Part shown: positions 10,948-20,700 of the stretch, piece by piece
Layout of the letters: the number at the start of each line of letters is the position of its first letter
Numbering within the stretch: the first letter of the stretch is position 1
Virus record (IMG/VR): IMGVR_UViG_3300030390_001591
Location: 1 to 53,433 of that record
Direction: 5' to 3' (one strand)
Source: a virus
Taxonomy: Duplodnaviria; Caudoviricetes
Length of the DNA stretch: 53,433 bases
Notes under the pieces: model-generated
Database searches by the model: none
What the model was told of the DNA's origin: nothing
The model's input: the letters and a program-made list of their open reading frames with translations, nothing else
Made by a program: the position numbers and the translations under genes

Positions 10948-11735
10948 TGTTTCAATATTTTTATCACGAACGAATTAGAAAATCAGTAGCAACTTTTGGA
11001 ACGCTTTTTAATAATATATACGTCCAGCGAAAAGGTAAAAACAATACTATTACTGATCAGGTTAAGGTGCCATTAGCATACGCCCCGCGCGAGAAATATC
11101 TTGAAAGAATTAGAGAAAATCCGTCACTAATAGACAACACTAAAGTGTCTCTTAAACTACCACGTTTATCCTTTGAAATTACTTCTTTGTCATATGACAC
11201 TGAGCGAAGTTTACCGAGATCGAATAATTATAATAAAGCATACGGCACAAGCAATACGCAGGCTACTAAAATATATTCACCAGCACCTTATACAATATTC
11301 TTTCAATTAAATGTATATGCTAAGTTACAAGATGATGCGCTACAAATTGTCGAACAGATTCTTCCATATTTTAATCCGCATTATAATCTAACTCTAAAAC
11401 CATTTGAATTACATCCAGATGTTAAAGAAGACGTTGCTATAACTCTTCAATCAGTATCATTCCAAGATGATTTTGAGGGAGCATTAGAACAAAGACGGAC
11501 TATTATATACACATTAGATTTTGGAATGAAAGTTAATTTTCATGGTCCGTTTAGGACCGGTAATATTATTAATAAAGCAATTACTGATATTTATTTTGAT
11601 AAAACAAATTATTTGTCAGGTGATTCAGACGGATTAGTAGTTAAATCTACAGTACAGCCGAATCCATTAAACGCCACGCCATTTAGCGATTTTGGATTCA
11701 CAACAACCACCGACTATTATGAGGATTCAGCATAA
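10947..11735 (+). CDS. gp15: Tail sheath stabiliser/terminator gp15
   Basis: FYHERIRKSVATFGTLFNNI, VPLAYAPREK, DALQIVEQILPYF. Confidence 0.95.
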   Translation: MFQYFYHERIRKSVATFGTLFNNIYVQRKGKNNTITDQVKVPLAYAPREKYLERIRENPSLIDNTKVSLKLPRLSFEITSLSYDTERSLPRSNNYNKAYGTSNTQATKIYSPAPYTIFFQLNVYAKLQDDALQIVEQILPYFNPHYNLTLKPFELHPDVKEDVAITLQSVSFQDDFEGALEQRRTIIYTLDFGMKVNFHGPFRTGNIINKAITDIYFDKTNYLSGDSDGLVVKSTVQPNPLNATPFSDFGFTTTTDYYEDSA

Positions 11736-11974
11736 TGTTATCATTTAAACAATATAATTCAGAATCATTTGTTGGAGCAATGAAAGGCGCTTTAATGGGT
11801 CCGCATGGTCCTAATCATAATCCAAATAAGACAAAGAAAACACGTGAGATACTGCCTGATAGAGTTACAATATCACCTCAGGCAAAAGCAATGCGTGATA
11901 TTGAACAAAGAGCTTCTACATCGAGTCCTTCAGGACCGGCTTCTTCGTTAAGCGGAACAAAAAGAGTTAGATAA
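11735..11974 (+). CDS. Small hypothetical protein, possible internal head protein
   Basis: TAATG overlap with gp15; N-terminus MLSFKQYNSE resembles the T4 capsid-targeting sequence. Confidence 0.55.
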   Translation: MLSFKQYNSESFVGAMKGALMGPHGPNHNPNKTKKTREILPDRVTISPQAKAMRDIEQRASTSSPSGPASSLSGTKRVR

Positions 11975-12367
11975 ATGAGTGATTGGAAAAAGTCAGACAA
12001 TTTACCAGAAGATGATTTTGATTATTCTCGTAGAACTTATTACGATTTAATTGAAAAAGGTAATGCTGCACTCGAAGATATGATTGAAGTAGCTCGAGCT
12101 TTGGAACATCCCCGAGCTTTCGAAGTTGTATCTGGTATGATTAAAAATGTATCCGACGTAAATGATAGACTTATGGATCTGCATAAGAAAAAGAAAGAAT
12201 TTGAAAAGAAGGATGTTCTTCAGGTGACAGCTCCTGAGGGAACTACAAATAATTTATTTGTAGGATCTACAGTAGATTTGCAAAGAATGTTACAAGATAT
12301 GAATAAACCTGTTAAGGATGATAACGTAATTGATATTACAGATAGATTAGATGATGGAAAAGAATGA
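11975..12367 (+). CDS. gp16: Terminase small subunit gp16
   Basis: DFDYSR, HPRAFEV, NNLFVGSTVDLQRML. Confidence 0.95.
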   Translation: MSDWKKSDNLPEDDFDYSRRTYYDLIEKGNAALEDMIEVARALEHPRAFEVVSGMIKNVSDVNDRLMDLHKKKKEFEKKDVLQVTAPEGTTNNLFVGSTVDLQRMLQDMNKPVKDDNVIDITDRLDDGKE

Positions 12368-13964
12368 TTCTTATTTAGGCAATCCGAGTGTTAAACGTGA
12401 TGGTGTTGTTACTAATTGGACAAATAGTGAAGTTAAAGAATACGCTAAATGCATGCAAGATCCTGCATACTTTGCAAGAAAATATTGTAAAGTAATTCAT
12501 CTTGATAGAGGTTTAGTTCCATTTGATCTATATCCTTATCAAGAAAAAATGTTTAATCAATTTAATACAAATAGATTTAATATTGTCTTGGCCTGCCGTC
12601 AATCTGGTAAATCTATTTCATCAGTGGCATATCTACTTTGGTTTGCGCTTTTTAATAGTGAAAAAGTTATTGCTGTTATGGCAAACAAGGGTGCGACCGC
12701 CCGGGAGATGCTTGGAAGAGTAACTTTAATGCTTGAGAACTTACCATTCTTTTTACAGCCTGGATGCAAAGCTCTTAATAAAGGATCTATTGAATTTAGT
12801 AATAATTCAAGGATTGTTGCTGCTGCGACATCGGGATCATCTATTCGCGGTATGTCTGTTAACCTACTCTATCTCGATGAGTTTGCATTTGTTGAAAGAG
12901 CAGCTGAGTTTTATACATCAACTTATCCAGTTGTGTCATCTGGTAAAGATACAAAAGTTATTATTACATCTACAGCAAACGGTTTAGGTAATGTTTTTCA
13001 CAAAATCTGGGAAGGTGCAACGCAAAAAACAAACGAATTTATTCCATTTAGAGTCGACTGGTGGGATGTTCCAGGAAGGGACGAAGAGTGGAAAAAAGCT
13101 ACAGTAGCTAATACTTCGCCTGTACAATTTGATCAAGAGTTTGGAAACACATTTTTTGGTACAGGAGATACTCTTATTAATGCTAATACACTCCTTGAAT
13201 TAAGAAGGCATGATCCATTAGAAATTACAAAGGATGGTGTAAAAGTTTATAACCAACCAATCAAAGATCACAATTATGTAATGTTAGTTGATGTTGCTAA
13301 AGGAAGAGGACAGGACTATAGTACTTTTAGTGTAATCGATATTAGCGCGGAGCCGTTTAAGCAGGTTGCTGTATATCGCAATAATCTTATCTCTCCCCTC
13401 CTCTTCCCTAATATTATATATAAGTATGCGAATTCCTACAATCAGGCGATGGTTGTAATAGAATCAAACGATGCTGGAATGGTTGTATGTAATGGTTTAT
13501 ATCATGATTTAGAATATGAAAATATGTTTGTTGAGTCAGTCATTAAAGCAGATGCGCTTGGTATTCTTATGACTCGTAAAGTAAAACGAATTGGATGTTC
13601 TTCATTTAAAGATTTATTAGAAAATAATAAACTTGAAATTGTAGATGAAGATACAATAATAGAAATTTCTACATTTACTGCGAGAGGCTCATCATATGAA
13701 GCTTCAGATGGGAATCATGATGATATTGTTATGAATTTAATTATGTTTGGATATTTTGCTGGAACATCTGCGTTTAGTGAGATGACTGATATTAGTATAC
13801 GTGATTTAATGTTTCAACAAAGAATGCAAGAAATTGAAAACGACATATTAGATTGGGGTTTTGTAGATGATGGTTTAGATAATATTGCTCCAGCAACTGC
13901 AGATCAACCATGGTCAACAAATTTAGACGCAAATGATGTGCCATGGGTTGTTCAAGAATGGTAA
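12351..13964 (+). CDS. gp17: Terminase large subunit gp17
   Basis: YLGNP, RQSGKS Walker A, YLDEFAF Walker B, DVAKGRGQDYS, HDDIVM. Confidence 0.97.
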   Translation: MMEKNDSYLGNPSVKRDGVVTNWTNSEVKEYAKCMQDPAYFARKYCKVIHLDRGLVPFDLYPYQEKMFNQFNTNRFNIVLACRQSGKSISSVAYLLWFALFNSEKVIAVMANKGATAREMLGRVTLMLENLPFFLQPGCKALNKGSIEFSNNSRIVAAATSGSSIRGMSVNLLYLDEFAFVERAAEFYTSTYPVVSSGKDTKVIITSTANGLGNVFHKIWEGATQKTNEFIPFRVDWWDVPGRDEEWKKATVANTSPVQFDQEFGNTFFGTGDTLINANTLLELRRHDPLEITKDGVKVYNQPIKDHNYVMLVDVAKGRGQDYSTFSVIDISAEPFKQVAVYRNNLISPLLFPNIIYKYANSYNQAMVVIESNDAGMVVCNGLYHDLEYENMFVESVIKADALGILMTRKVKRIGCSSFKDLLENNKLEIVDEDTIIEISTFTARGSSYEASDGNHDDIVMNLIMFGYFAGTSAFSEMTDISIRDLMFQQRMQEIENDILDWGFVDDGLDNIAPATADQPWSTNLDANDVPWVVQEW

Positions 13965-13987
13965 TAATTTTTTAAAAATCAAATGTA

Positions 13988-13995
13988 TATAAATA
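13988..13995 (+). promoter_or_regulatory. T4-type late promoter TATAAATA
   Basis: Exact consensus upstream of gp18. Confidence 0.8.
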
Positions 13996-14060
13996 TAACT
14001 AATTGAACATAACCGTATTATGAAACTTATAATTTCTATTAGATTGGAAAAGGAAACGAC

Positions 14061-15809
14061 ATGGCAATATATGCACCATCAGAGTCTCCGGCAGTAGTTA
14101 CAAGAGAAATTGACTTAACCAACGGCGTACCAAATGTACCTACTTCTACAGGCGCAATTGTTGGCGATTTTCGTTGGGGTCCGTGTAACGAACCGATTCT
14201 CATTAACAATGAAGGAACACTAGTAGCCACATTTGGAACACCAAATGACGCCACTACTGTAGACTTTCACAGCGCATCATACTATCTTAGGTATTCTAAT
14301 GACCTTTATGTCATTAGAGGGATGGATTCGAATACCGGTGTCAACGCTTTTCAAAGCGGCGGCACAAGAGGTGATATTACAGTCGAAAACGATGCTGAAT
14401 TCGATCAAATGTTTGGCACGCTAACAGATAGTGGACACACATTTATAGCAAGATATCCAGGAGATCTTGGAAATTCATTAAGAATAGAAATCTGTGGGTC
14501 AAACCATGCAGATGCAACAAATGCAGCATATCATACAGATTATAATGCTTGGGCATATAAAGATAACTATGATACTGGCCCTGGTACATCAGCACATACT
14601 GCGGCTATTGGCGGTAAAAACGATGAAGTTCATGTTGCTATTGTAGATACTACTGGCGATCTTTCCGGAACAGCCGGTTCAGTAATAGAAACATATCCGT
14701 ATGTTTCACAAGCTAAAGGTGCACAAAATGCTGACGGAACTAATAACTTTATAACTGATGTTATTAATAGTAGATCTCAGTATGTCAAATTAGTTACTAT
14801 GCCAGCCGGTATGGGAACTGGAGCTGGTTCAGCTGCAACAACAACGTCAGATATGAAACTAGCTGCGCAATTAGATGTAGTATTAACTACTGGTGAGAAC
14901 GGTGACCCGTTAGGAGTTGGCGATTGGATGAATGGGTATAATACAGTTGAAGACGTTAATGAATACTTAATTGATTTTATTATAGCTCCCAGCTTAAACG
15001 GATCAACTGATCACACAACATTAGTTAACCATTTAACGACTATTGCAGCATCAACGAGAAAAGATTGTATGGTTTTTGCTTCACCGAATAGATCTGCTGT
15101 TGTTAATAATAGAGCACGAGCTAATGCAGATATTCTCACTGGAGTTGCTGGCTTTACGCGAAGCTCATATTTAGCAGTAGATAATAACTTCTTGAAGGTA
15201 TATGACAAATATAACGATAAGTATATTCATATTCCTGCCGCATCATCAACAGCTGGTCTATGTGCAGCTACTGATAATAATTTTGCTCCTTGGGTATCAC
15301 CTGCTGGTACACGAAGAGGTCAGTATTTTGGTGTGACAGCACTAGCTTATTCTCCGAATAAATCACAAAGAGATCAACTTTATAGAGCTGGCATAAACCC
15401 AGTCACTAATATGCCAGGTCAAGGTATATTGTTGTTTGGTGATAAAACACACTTATCAAGACCATCAGCATTTGATAGAATCAATGTTCGTAGACTCTTC
15501 TTGGTTATCGAAAGAGCCATTGCAGAAGCTGCTAAAAATATTCTATTCGAATTTAATGATGAATTTACAAGAGCTGAGTTTGTAAATATTATTGAACCAC
15601 TTTTGAGAGATATAAAGGGTCGAAGAGGTATTACTGATTTCAGGCTAGTAGCCGATGAAACTAATAATCCAGCTTCGATTATTGATACAAATCAATTTGT
15701 AGCAAGTCTCTTTATTAAACCAGCACGGTCCATTAACTTCATCACTCTTAACTTCGTTGCAGTTCGCACGGGTGTTTCGTTTGAAGAAGTTGTTGGTCAG
15801 GCTACATAA
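14061..15809 (+). CDS. gp18: Tail sheath protein gp18
   Basis: SPAVVTREIDLT, FRWGP, PWVSPAG, FDRINVRRLF, IKPARSINFITLNFVA. Confidence 0.97.
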   Translation: MAIYAPSESPAVVTREIDLTNGVPNVPTSTGAIVGDFRWGPCNEPILINNEGTLVATFGTPNDATTVDFHSASYYLRYSNDLYVIRGMDSNTGVNAFQSGGTRGDITVENDAEFDQMFGTLTDSGHTFIARYPGDLGNSLRIEICGSNHADATNAAYHTDYNAWAYKDNYDTGPGTSAHTAAIGGKNDEVHVAIVDTTGDLSGTAGSVIETYPYVSQAKGAQNADGTNNFITDVINSRSQYVKLVTMPAGMGTGAGSAATTTSDMKLAAQLDVVLTTGENGDPLGVGDWMNGYNTVEDVNEYLIDFIIAPSLNGSTDHTTLVNHLTTIAASTRKDCMVFASPNRSAVVNNRARANADILTGVAGFTRSSYLAVDNNFLKVYDKYNDKYIHIPAASSTAGLCAATDNNFAPWVSPAGTRRGQYFGVTALAYSPNKSQRDQLYRAGINPVTNMPGQGILLFGDKTHLSRPSAFDRINVRRLFLVIERAIAEAAKNILFEFNDEFTRAEFVNIIEPLLRDIKGRRGITDFRLVADETNNPASIIDTNQFVASLFIKPARSINFITLNFVAVRTGVSFEEVVGQAT

Positions 15810-15826
15810 GGGGATAGGAGAATAAA

Positions 15827-16381
15827 ATGGCAATTTTAGGTGTAGACCAATTTAAAGCTAAATTAGCAGGTGGAGGCGCACGCCCGAATCTGTTTAAAAT
15901 TACTTTAGCATATCCGATCATTATGACAGGTGATGTTGAACTAACATCATTTATGTGTAATGCTGGACAATTACCCGGATCGAATGTAAGTTCTATTCCC
16001 GTACCATATAGAGGAAGAGTCCTTCATATGGCAGGAGATAGAACATTTGATCCATGGTCAGTAAATGTAATCAATGATACTAACTTTGAAGTAAGACGTA
16101 GTATGGAAATCTGGATGAATGCTATGAACGCGCATTCAGCAAATACTGGTGTTACTTCTCCATTAGATTATCAAGCTGACTTAACTGTAGAACAACTAGA
16201 TAAAAATGAATCAGTGCTTTATGCATACAAATTTAGAGGTTGTTTTCCAACAAATGTTTCACCGATCGCGCTGGCATATTCTAGCAACGATACAATCGAA
16301 GAATTCTCGGTTGATTTCCAGGTACAATACTGGGAAAGCTACTCAGGTGGTGAAGCAACTGGTGTTAAAGTTACTACTTAA
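15827..16381 (+). CDS. gp19: Tail tube protein gp19
   Basis: GGARPNLF, AGDRTFDPW, IEEFSVDFQVQYW. Confidence 0.96.
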   Translation: MAILGVDQFKAKLAGGGARPNLFKITLAYPIIMTGDVELTSFMCNAGQLPGSNVSSIPVPYRGRVLHMAGDRTFDPWSVNVINDTNFEVRRSMEIWMNAMNAHSANTGVTSPLDYQADLTVEQLDKNESVLYAYKFRGCFPTNVSPIALAYSSNDTIEEFSVDFQVQYWESYSGGEATGVKVTT

Positions 16382-16387
16382 TTGAGT

Positions 16388-16435
16388 AATAAATAGTACT
16401 AATTGAAGAGGTGTAGGGGGAAGCACTTTCCCCCT
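16388..16435 (+). promoter_or_regulatory. Late-promoter variant AATAAATA followed by a GC-rich hairpin
   Basis: AATAAATA at 16388-16395; AGGGGGAAG-CAC-TTTCCCCCT at 16415-16435, no U-tract. Confidence 0.5.
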
Positions 16436-16460
16436 CGCCAACATATTTAAAGGATTAATT

Positions 16461-18077
16461 ATGGCAGATGATAATTCACTTAAGCTTTTTGGTTTTGAGA
16501 TAAAAAGAGCTGGATCAAAAAATAAAGAAGAAAAGCTGAAATCAGTCGTTACTGCAAAGGACGATGATGGTGCAGGTTATGTAACTGCATCAGGTGCCGG
16601 TCATTTTGGTCAATATGTTGATATTGATGGAAGTGGTGCAAAAGATAATTACCAATTAGTAATGAAATATCGTGGAGTAGCTATGCATCCAGAATGTGAC
16701 GCTGCTATTGAAGACATCGTAAATGAATCAATTGTTATAGATGAAGAATCTCCTGGAGTCTCACTAGTTCTAGATGAAATTGAGGCTAGTGAAAATATTA
16801 AAGAACAGATTACAGAAGAATTTGCTAATATTTTAAGAATGTTAAATTTTGCAGAAGATGGTCATGATATCTTTAGAAGATGGTATATTGATGGTAAAAT
16901 TTACCACCATTTAGTTGTAGATCCAAGTAATGAAAAAATGGGTATTCAAGATATTCGATTTATTGATGCTCCAAAAATGCGTAAAGTAAAAGAAATTAAA
17001 AAGAAAAAAGATTCAGCAACAAATGCTGATATAATTGAAAATGTAAAAGAATATTACGTGTATCAAGAAACGCCTGGTAAGGGCGGTGTCGGAGCAATAC
17101 ATACTTCACAAAACAGACAGGCTGTAAAATTTACTCAAGATTCTATCAGTTATGTGACTTCTGGTTTGTTAGATGAAGCAAGAAAAAAAGTTCTTTCGCA
17201 TTTACAGAAGGCTATTAAGCCAGTTAACCAATTAAGAATGATGGAAGACTCGCTTGTCATTTATAGACTAGCTCGAGCTCCTGAAAGAAGAATTTTTTAT
17301 ATCGATGTTGGTAACCTTCCGAAAGGCAAAGCTGAAGAGTACATGAAAAATATCATGGCTAAATATCGCAATAAATTAGTATACGATGCTAATACAGGTG
17401 ACTTACGAGATGATCGTAAACATATGTCAATGCTCGAAGATTTCTGGTTACCACGCCGAGAAGGTAATAGAAGTACTGAGATTTCAAGTCTTCCAGGTGG
17501 TGACAACCTAGGACAGATTGATGACATCATTTACTTTCAAAAACGTTTGTATAAATCTTTAAATGTTCCATTACAAAGATTAGATCAAGAAAATAATGGT
17601 TTTAGTATTGGAAGATCAACTGAAATTAGCAGAGATGAAGTTAAATTTCAAAAGTTTATTGATAGACTTCGTAATAGATTCTCACATTTATTTCTTAAAA
17701 TTTTACAAAAACAGCTAGTGCTTAAAAAAGTTATAACCGAAGCTGATTGGTCAAAGTGGGAAAAAGACATTCGAGTTGATTATAATAGAGATAATCACTT
17801 TGTCGAATTAAAAGAGTCAGAAATTTTAAAAGAAAGAGTACAAACATTAGATATGGTTAGTCAATATGTAGGAGAGTATTTTACAAAAGACTGGGTTATG
17901 AAGAATGTTTTAAAATTATCTGAAGAAGATATAAAAGATTTAGAAGATAAAGTCGATGATGAAAATGCTGAAAAAGAACGCGAAATGGAAGATGAACAAC
18001 CAGATCAGCAAGAGCCTCTACAACCTGAGGCACCAGAAAAAGCCGCAGAACCGCCTCAAGGGCAGAAAAATAATTAA
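16461..18077 (+). CDS. gp20: Portal vertex protein gp20
   Basis: RAPERRIFYIDVGNLPKGKAEEY, MLEDFWLPRREG. Confidence 0.98.
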   Translation: MADDNSLKLFGFEIKRAGSKNKEEKLKSVVTAKDDDGAGYVTASGAGHFGQYVDIDGSGAKDNYQLVMKYRGVAMHPECDAAIEDIVNESIVIDEESPGVSLVLDEIEASENIKEQITEEFANILRMLNFAEDGHDIFRRWYIDGKIYHHLVVDPSNEKMGIQDIRFIDAPKMRKVKEIKKKKDSATNADIIENVKEYYVYQETPGKGGVGAIHTSQNRQAVKFTQDSISYVTSGLLDEARKKVLSHLQKAIKPVNQLRMMEDSLVIYRLARAPERRIFYIDVGNLPKGKAEEYMKNIMAKYRNKLVYDANTGDLRDDRKHMSMLEDFWLPRREGNRSTEISSLPGGDNLGQIDDIIYFQKRLYKSLNVPLQRLDQENNGFSIGRSTEISRDEVKFQKFIDRLRNRFSHLFLKILQKQLVLKKVITEADWSKWEKDIRVDYNRDNHFVELKESEILKERVQTLDMVSQYVGEYFTKDWVMKNVLKLSEEDIKDLEDKVDDENAEKEREMEDEQPDQQEPLQPEAPEKAAEPPQGQKNN

Positions 18078-18096
18078 ATTTTAAAATAATTAATTG

Positions 18097-18104
18097 TATA
18101 AATA
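18097..18104 (+). promoter_or_regulatory. T4-type late promoter TATAAATA
   Basis: Exact consensus; a second variant ACTAAATA at 18107-18114. Confidence 0.8.
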
Positions 18105-18127
18105 TAACTAAATAAGTGGAGAATACA

Positions 18128-18376
18128 ATGGAAGACGAGATTGAAAATGATTATGAAATTGAAACTACCGAAGAAGAAGATATAACTGTTGATGAACCTG
18201 TACAACAAGAGCAGGAAGTTAATCCATTGATGGATATGGTCAATGCAATTGGTGATGGTGATTTTTCTAAGGCTGGTGATTTGTTTGGTGCAGAATTAAA
18301 TAATAGATTAAGTGATACTATTGAACAAGAAAGAATTAGTGTTGCAAGTAATATATATGCTGGTAAAGAAGAATAG
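18128..18376 (+). CDS. gp67: Prohead core protein (gp67-like)
   Basis: Small acidic protein directly after the portal; ATG at 18128 follows GGAGAA. Confidence 0.65.
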   Translation: MEDEIENDYEIETTEEEDITVDEPVQQEQEVNPLMDMVNAIGDGDFSKAGDLFGAELNNRLSDTIEQERISVASNIYAGKEE

Positions 18377-18383
18377 GAAGTAG

Positions 18384-18596
18384 ATGCTTAAGTTTAAAGA
18401 ATTAAAAGCTAATTTACAAGAGGCTTCTAATATAGTTAAGAAGTTGAAGATAGACCGTAAAAATGTGGTTATTCAAAAACTTGCACATAATAAATTTAAG
18501 ACTTTAATTGACGGTGACGAACTCGATACATATCCAAATGAAAAAGAAGCTATGGCAATGGCTAAAGAATTCATTAAGCAGTATAAGGGTAGATAA
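18384..18596 (+). CDS. Small head-region protein (gp68 position)
   Basis: Position between gp67 and gp21; N-terminus MLKFKELKANLQE. Confidence 0.55.
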   Translation: MLKFKELKANLQEASNIVKKLKIDRKNVVIQKLAHNKFKTLIDGDELDTYPNEKEAMAMAKEFIKQYKGR

Positions 18597-18597
18597 C

Positions 18598-18837
18598 GTG
18601 GCTTGGGTAACAATGACAAATAACACTGGTTATCAATATAATAATGCGCCAGCAGATCCTGGTACAACTACTTTTAATAAGCGTTCGCGTAGAATATTAT
18701 GGTTAAAGCAAACAGGTGGTGTTCGTACAGAAGAAAATGGGCATAAAGTTTATACTAATGTGCGTAAAGTCACTAGTCCAGCCAACAATATTGATATTGG
18801 TGAAATGAGTAAAACTTGGTGGGATGGAAGAGCATAA
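18598..18837 (+). CDS. Hypothetical protein in head gene block
   Basis: In-frame GTG at 18598 just after the previous stop; fills the gap before gp21. Confidence 0.55.
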   Translation: MAWVTMTNNTGYQYNNAPADPGTTTFNKRSRRILWLKQTGGVRTEENGHKVYTNVRKVTSPANNIDIGEMSKTWWDGRA

Positions 18838-18864
18838 AAATGATTAAAGATAAAGGCCAGTAAA

Positions 18865-19515
18865 ATGAAATTAATTGCAGAATACCAAGATCAAGAAATA
18901 TCTTATATGACAGAAGCTACCGAAAACGGTGGAAAAAATCATGTAATTGAAGGTATTTTCGCACAAGCTGAAAGCAAAAACCGGAATGGCAGGATTTATC
19001 CAAAAGCTATTATGGAAAAAGCAATCGCTAAGTATAACAAAGAACAAGTAATTCCTAAGAGAGCAGTCGGTGAATTGAACCATCCAGATGGTCCCACTGT
19101 AAACTTAGACAAAGTATCCCATCGCATTACCGAACTAAATTGGTCCGGTAATAACGTGATGGGTAAGGCACTTATATTAGACACTCCAATGGGGCAGATC
19201 GTTAAAGGTTTACTCGATGGTGGCGTTCAACTAGGTGTATCAACTCGTGGTATGGGAAGTCTAGAGAATCGTAATGGAACCAACTATGTAAAAGAAGATT
19301 TTATGTTAGCAACGGTTGACATTGTTCAAGATCCATCCGCCCCAGAAGCTTTCGTTAATGGCATTATGGAGGGGGTCGACTGGATATGGAACAATGGTGT
19401 GATAGAAGCTCGAGACATTGAAAAGATTGAGACTGAAATTAAGAAAGCTCCGCGATCGGGATTGTATGAAGTGCAAACTCGTGAGTTTAAGAATTTCCTC
19501 TCGTTGCTTAAATAA
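18865..19515 (+). CDS. gp21: Prohead protease gp21
   Basis: NRNGRIYP, GELNHP, GVSTRGMGS, DIVQDPSAPEAFV. Confidence 0.97.
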   Translation: MKLIAEYQDQEISYMTEATENGGKNHVIEGIFAQAESKNRNGRIYPKAIMEKAIAKYNKEQVIPKRAVGELNHPDGPTVNLDKVSHRITELNWSGNNVMGKALILDTPMGQIVKGLLDGGVQLGVSTRGMGSLENRNGTNYVKEDFMLATVDIVQDPSAPEAFVNGIMEGVDWIWNNGVIEARDIEKIETEIKKAPRSGLYEVQTREFKNFLSLLK

Positions 19516-19530
19516 TAGAGGAGTCAAAAC

Positions 19531-20688
19531 ATGACTGATCAAAATTACGAACAGGATGTCGACCTCGATGAAGCAACGGAAGTTGTGGACGAGGCTAAGG
19601 CACCAACTACAAAAGGTAAGGCACCAGATCCTAATCATACCGAAGACGATGGTATGACAAAGACTGATCCTAAAGCCCAAGCTAAAAAAGGCGCAGCCGG
19701 AACAAGTAAAGCCAAAAATGGTGATACTTCCGGTCAAGAACCAATGCAAAAGCTAAATGCTGGATATGGCATGATGAATGCAATGAAAATGGAAAATATG
19801 ACTAAGTTGGCTACTTTGCCTGCTGATGTTATTAATACATTGTATCAAGAAGCATTTGGCACTGACTTGGATCTAGATGAGTCCGATGAAGAATTAGTAG
19901 AGTATAACTTTGATGACGATCTGGAAGCTTTGGTTGAATCCGAAGCAACTCTTTCAGACGACTTTAAAGGTAAAGCTTCTACAATTTTTGAAGCTGCTGT
20001 TAATTCCAAACTTATGGAAAAAGCTGCAGATATGGAACTTGTCACTGCAACCCTTATTGCTGAAAAAGTCGAAGAGCTGGAAGAGCAATATAACTCTGAA
20101 ATCTCTGAAGCTGTTGTCGAAGCACGTGAAGAGCTTGTCGAAAAAGTCGACGGTTATCTAAACTACGTTGTTGAAACATGGATGGAAGAAAATAGACTGG
20201 CTGTTGAAACTGGTCTTAGAACTGAAATCGCTGAAACATTCATGGGAAGTCTGAAAGACTTGTTCACTGAATCTTACATCGAAGTTCCAGAATCCAAAGT
20301 TGATCTTGTTGATGATCTTGCCGAGCAGGTAATTGCTCTGGAAGAAAAACTCAATGAGGAAACATCTACCATCATCGAAATGAGATCTGAAATGCAGAAT
20401 CTTGAGCGTCATGCAATTATTGCAGAAGCTTCAAGAGATCTTGCTGGAACTCAAGCCGACAAACTAACTAAACTTGCAGAATCAATTGATTTTGAATCAG
20501 CCGATGCATTTTCTGCTAAAGTAGATACTCTTGTAGAATCTTACTTTTCAGAACAACCTCAAGTAGAAGTTGAAGCTTCTACACCTCGCCAATCAATCAC
20601 CGAAGCTAATGAGCTCGATGATGGTGAAGAAGTTGTAACAAGCGCACGGATGGATCAATATCTAACTGCAATCAGATCAAATAACTAA
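19531..20688 (+). CDS. gp22: Prohead core scaffold gp22
   Basis: Acidic coiled coil, FKGKASTIFEAAV, VDGYLNYVVETWMEEN. Confidence 0.93.
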   Translation: MTDQNYEQDVDLDEATEVVDEAKAPTTKGKAPDPNHTEDDGMTKTDPKAQAKKGAAGTSKAKNGDTSGQEPMQKLNAGYGMMNAMKMENMTKLATLPADVINTLYQEAFGTDLDLDESDEELVEYNFDDDLEALVESEATLSDDFKGKASTIFEAAVNSKLMEKAADMELVTATLIAEKVEELEEQYNSEISEAVVEAREELVEKVDGYLNYVVETWMEENRLAVETGLRTEIAETFMGSLKDLFTESYIEVPESKVDLVDDLAEQVIALEEKLNEETSTIIEMRSEMQNLERHAIIAEASRDLAGTQADKLTKLAESIDFESADAFSAKVDTLVESYFSEQPQVEVEASTPRQSITEANELDDGEEVVTSARMDQYLTAIRSNN

Positions 20689-20700
20689 GGAGACAAAAAG

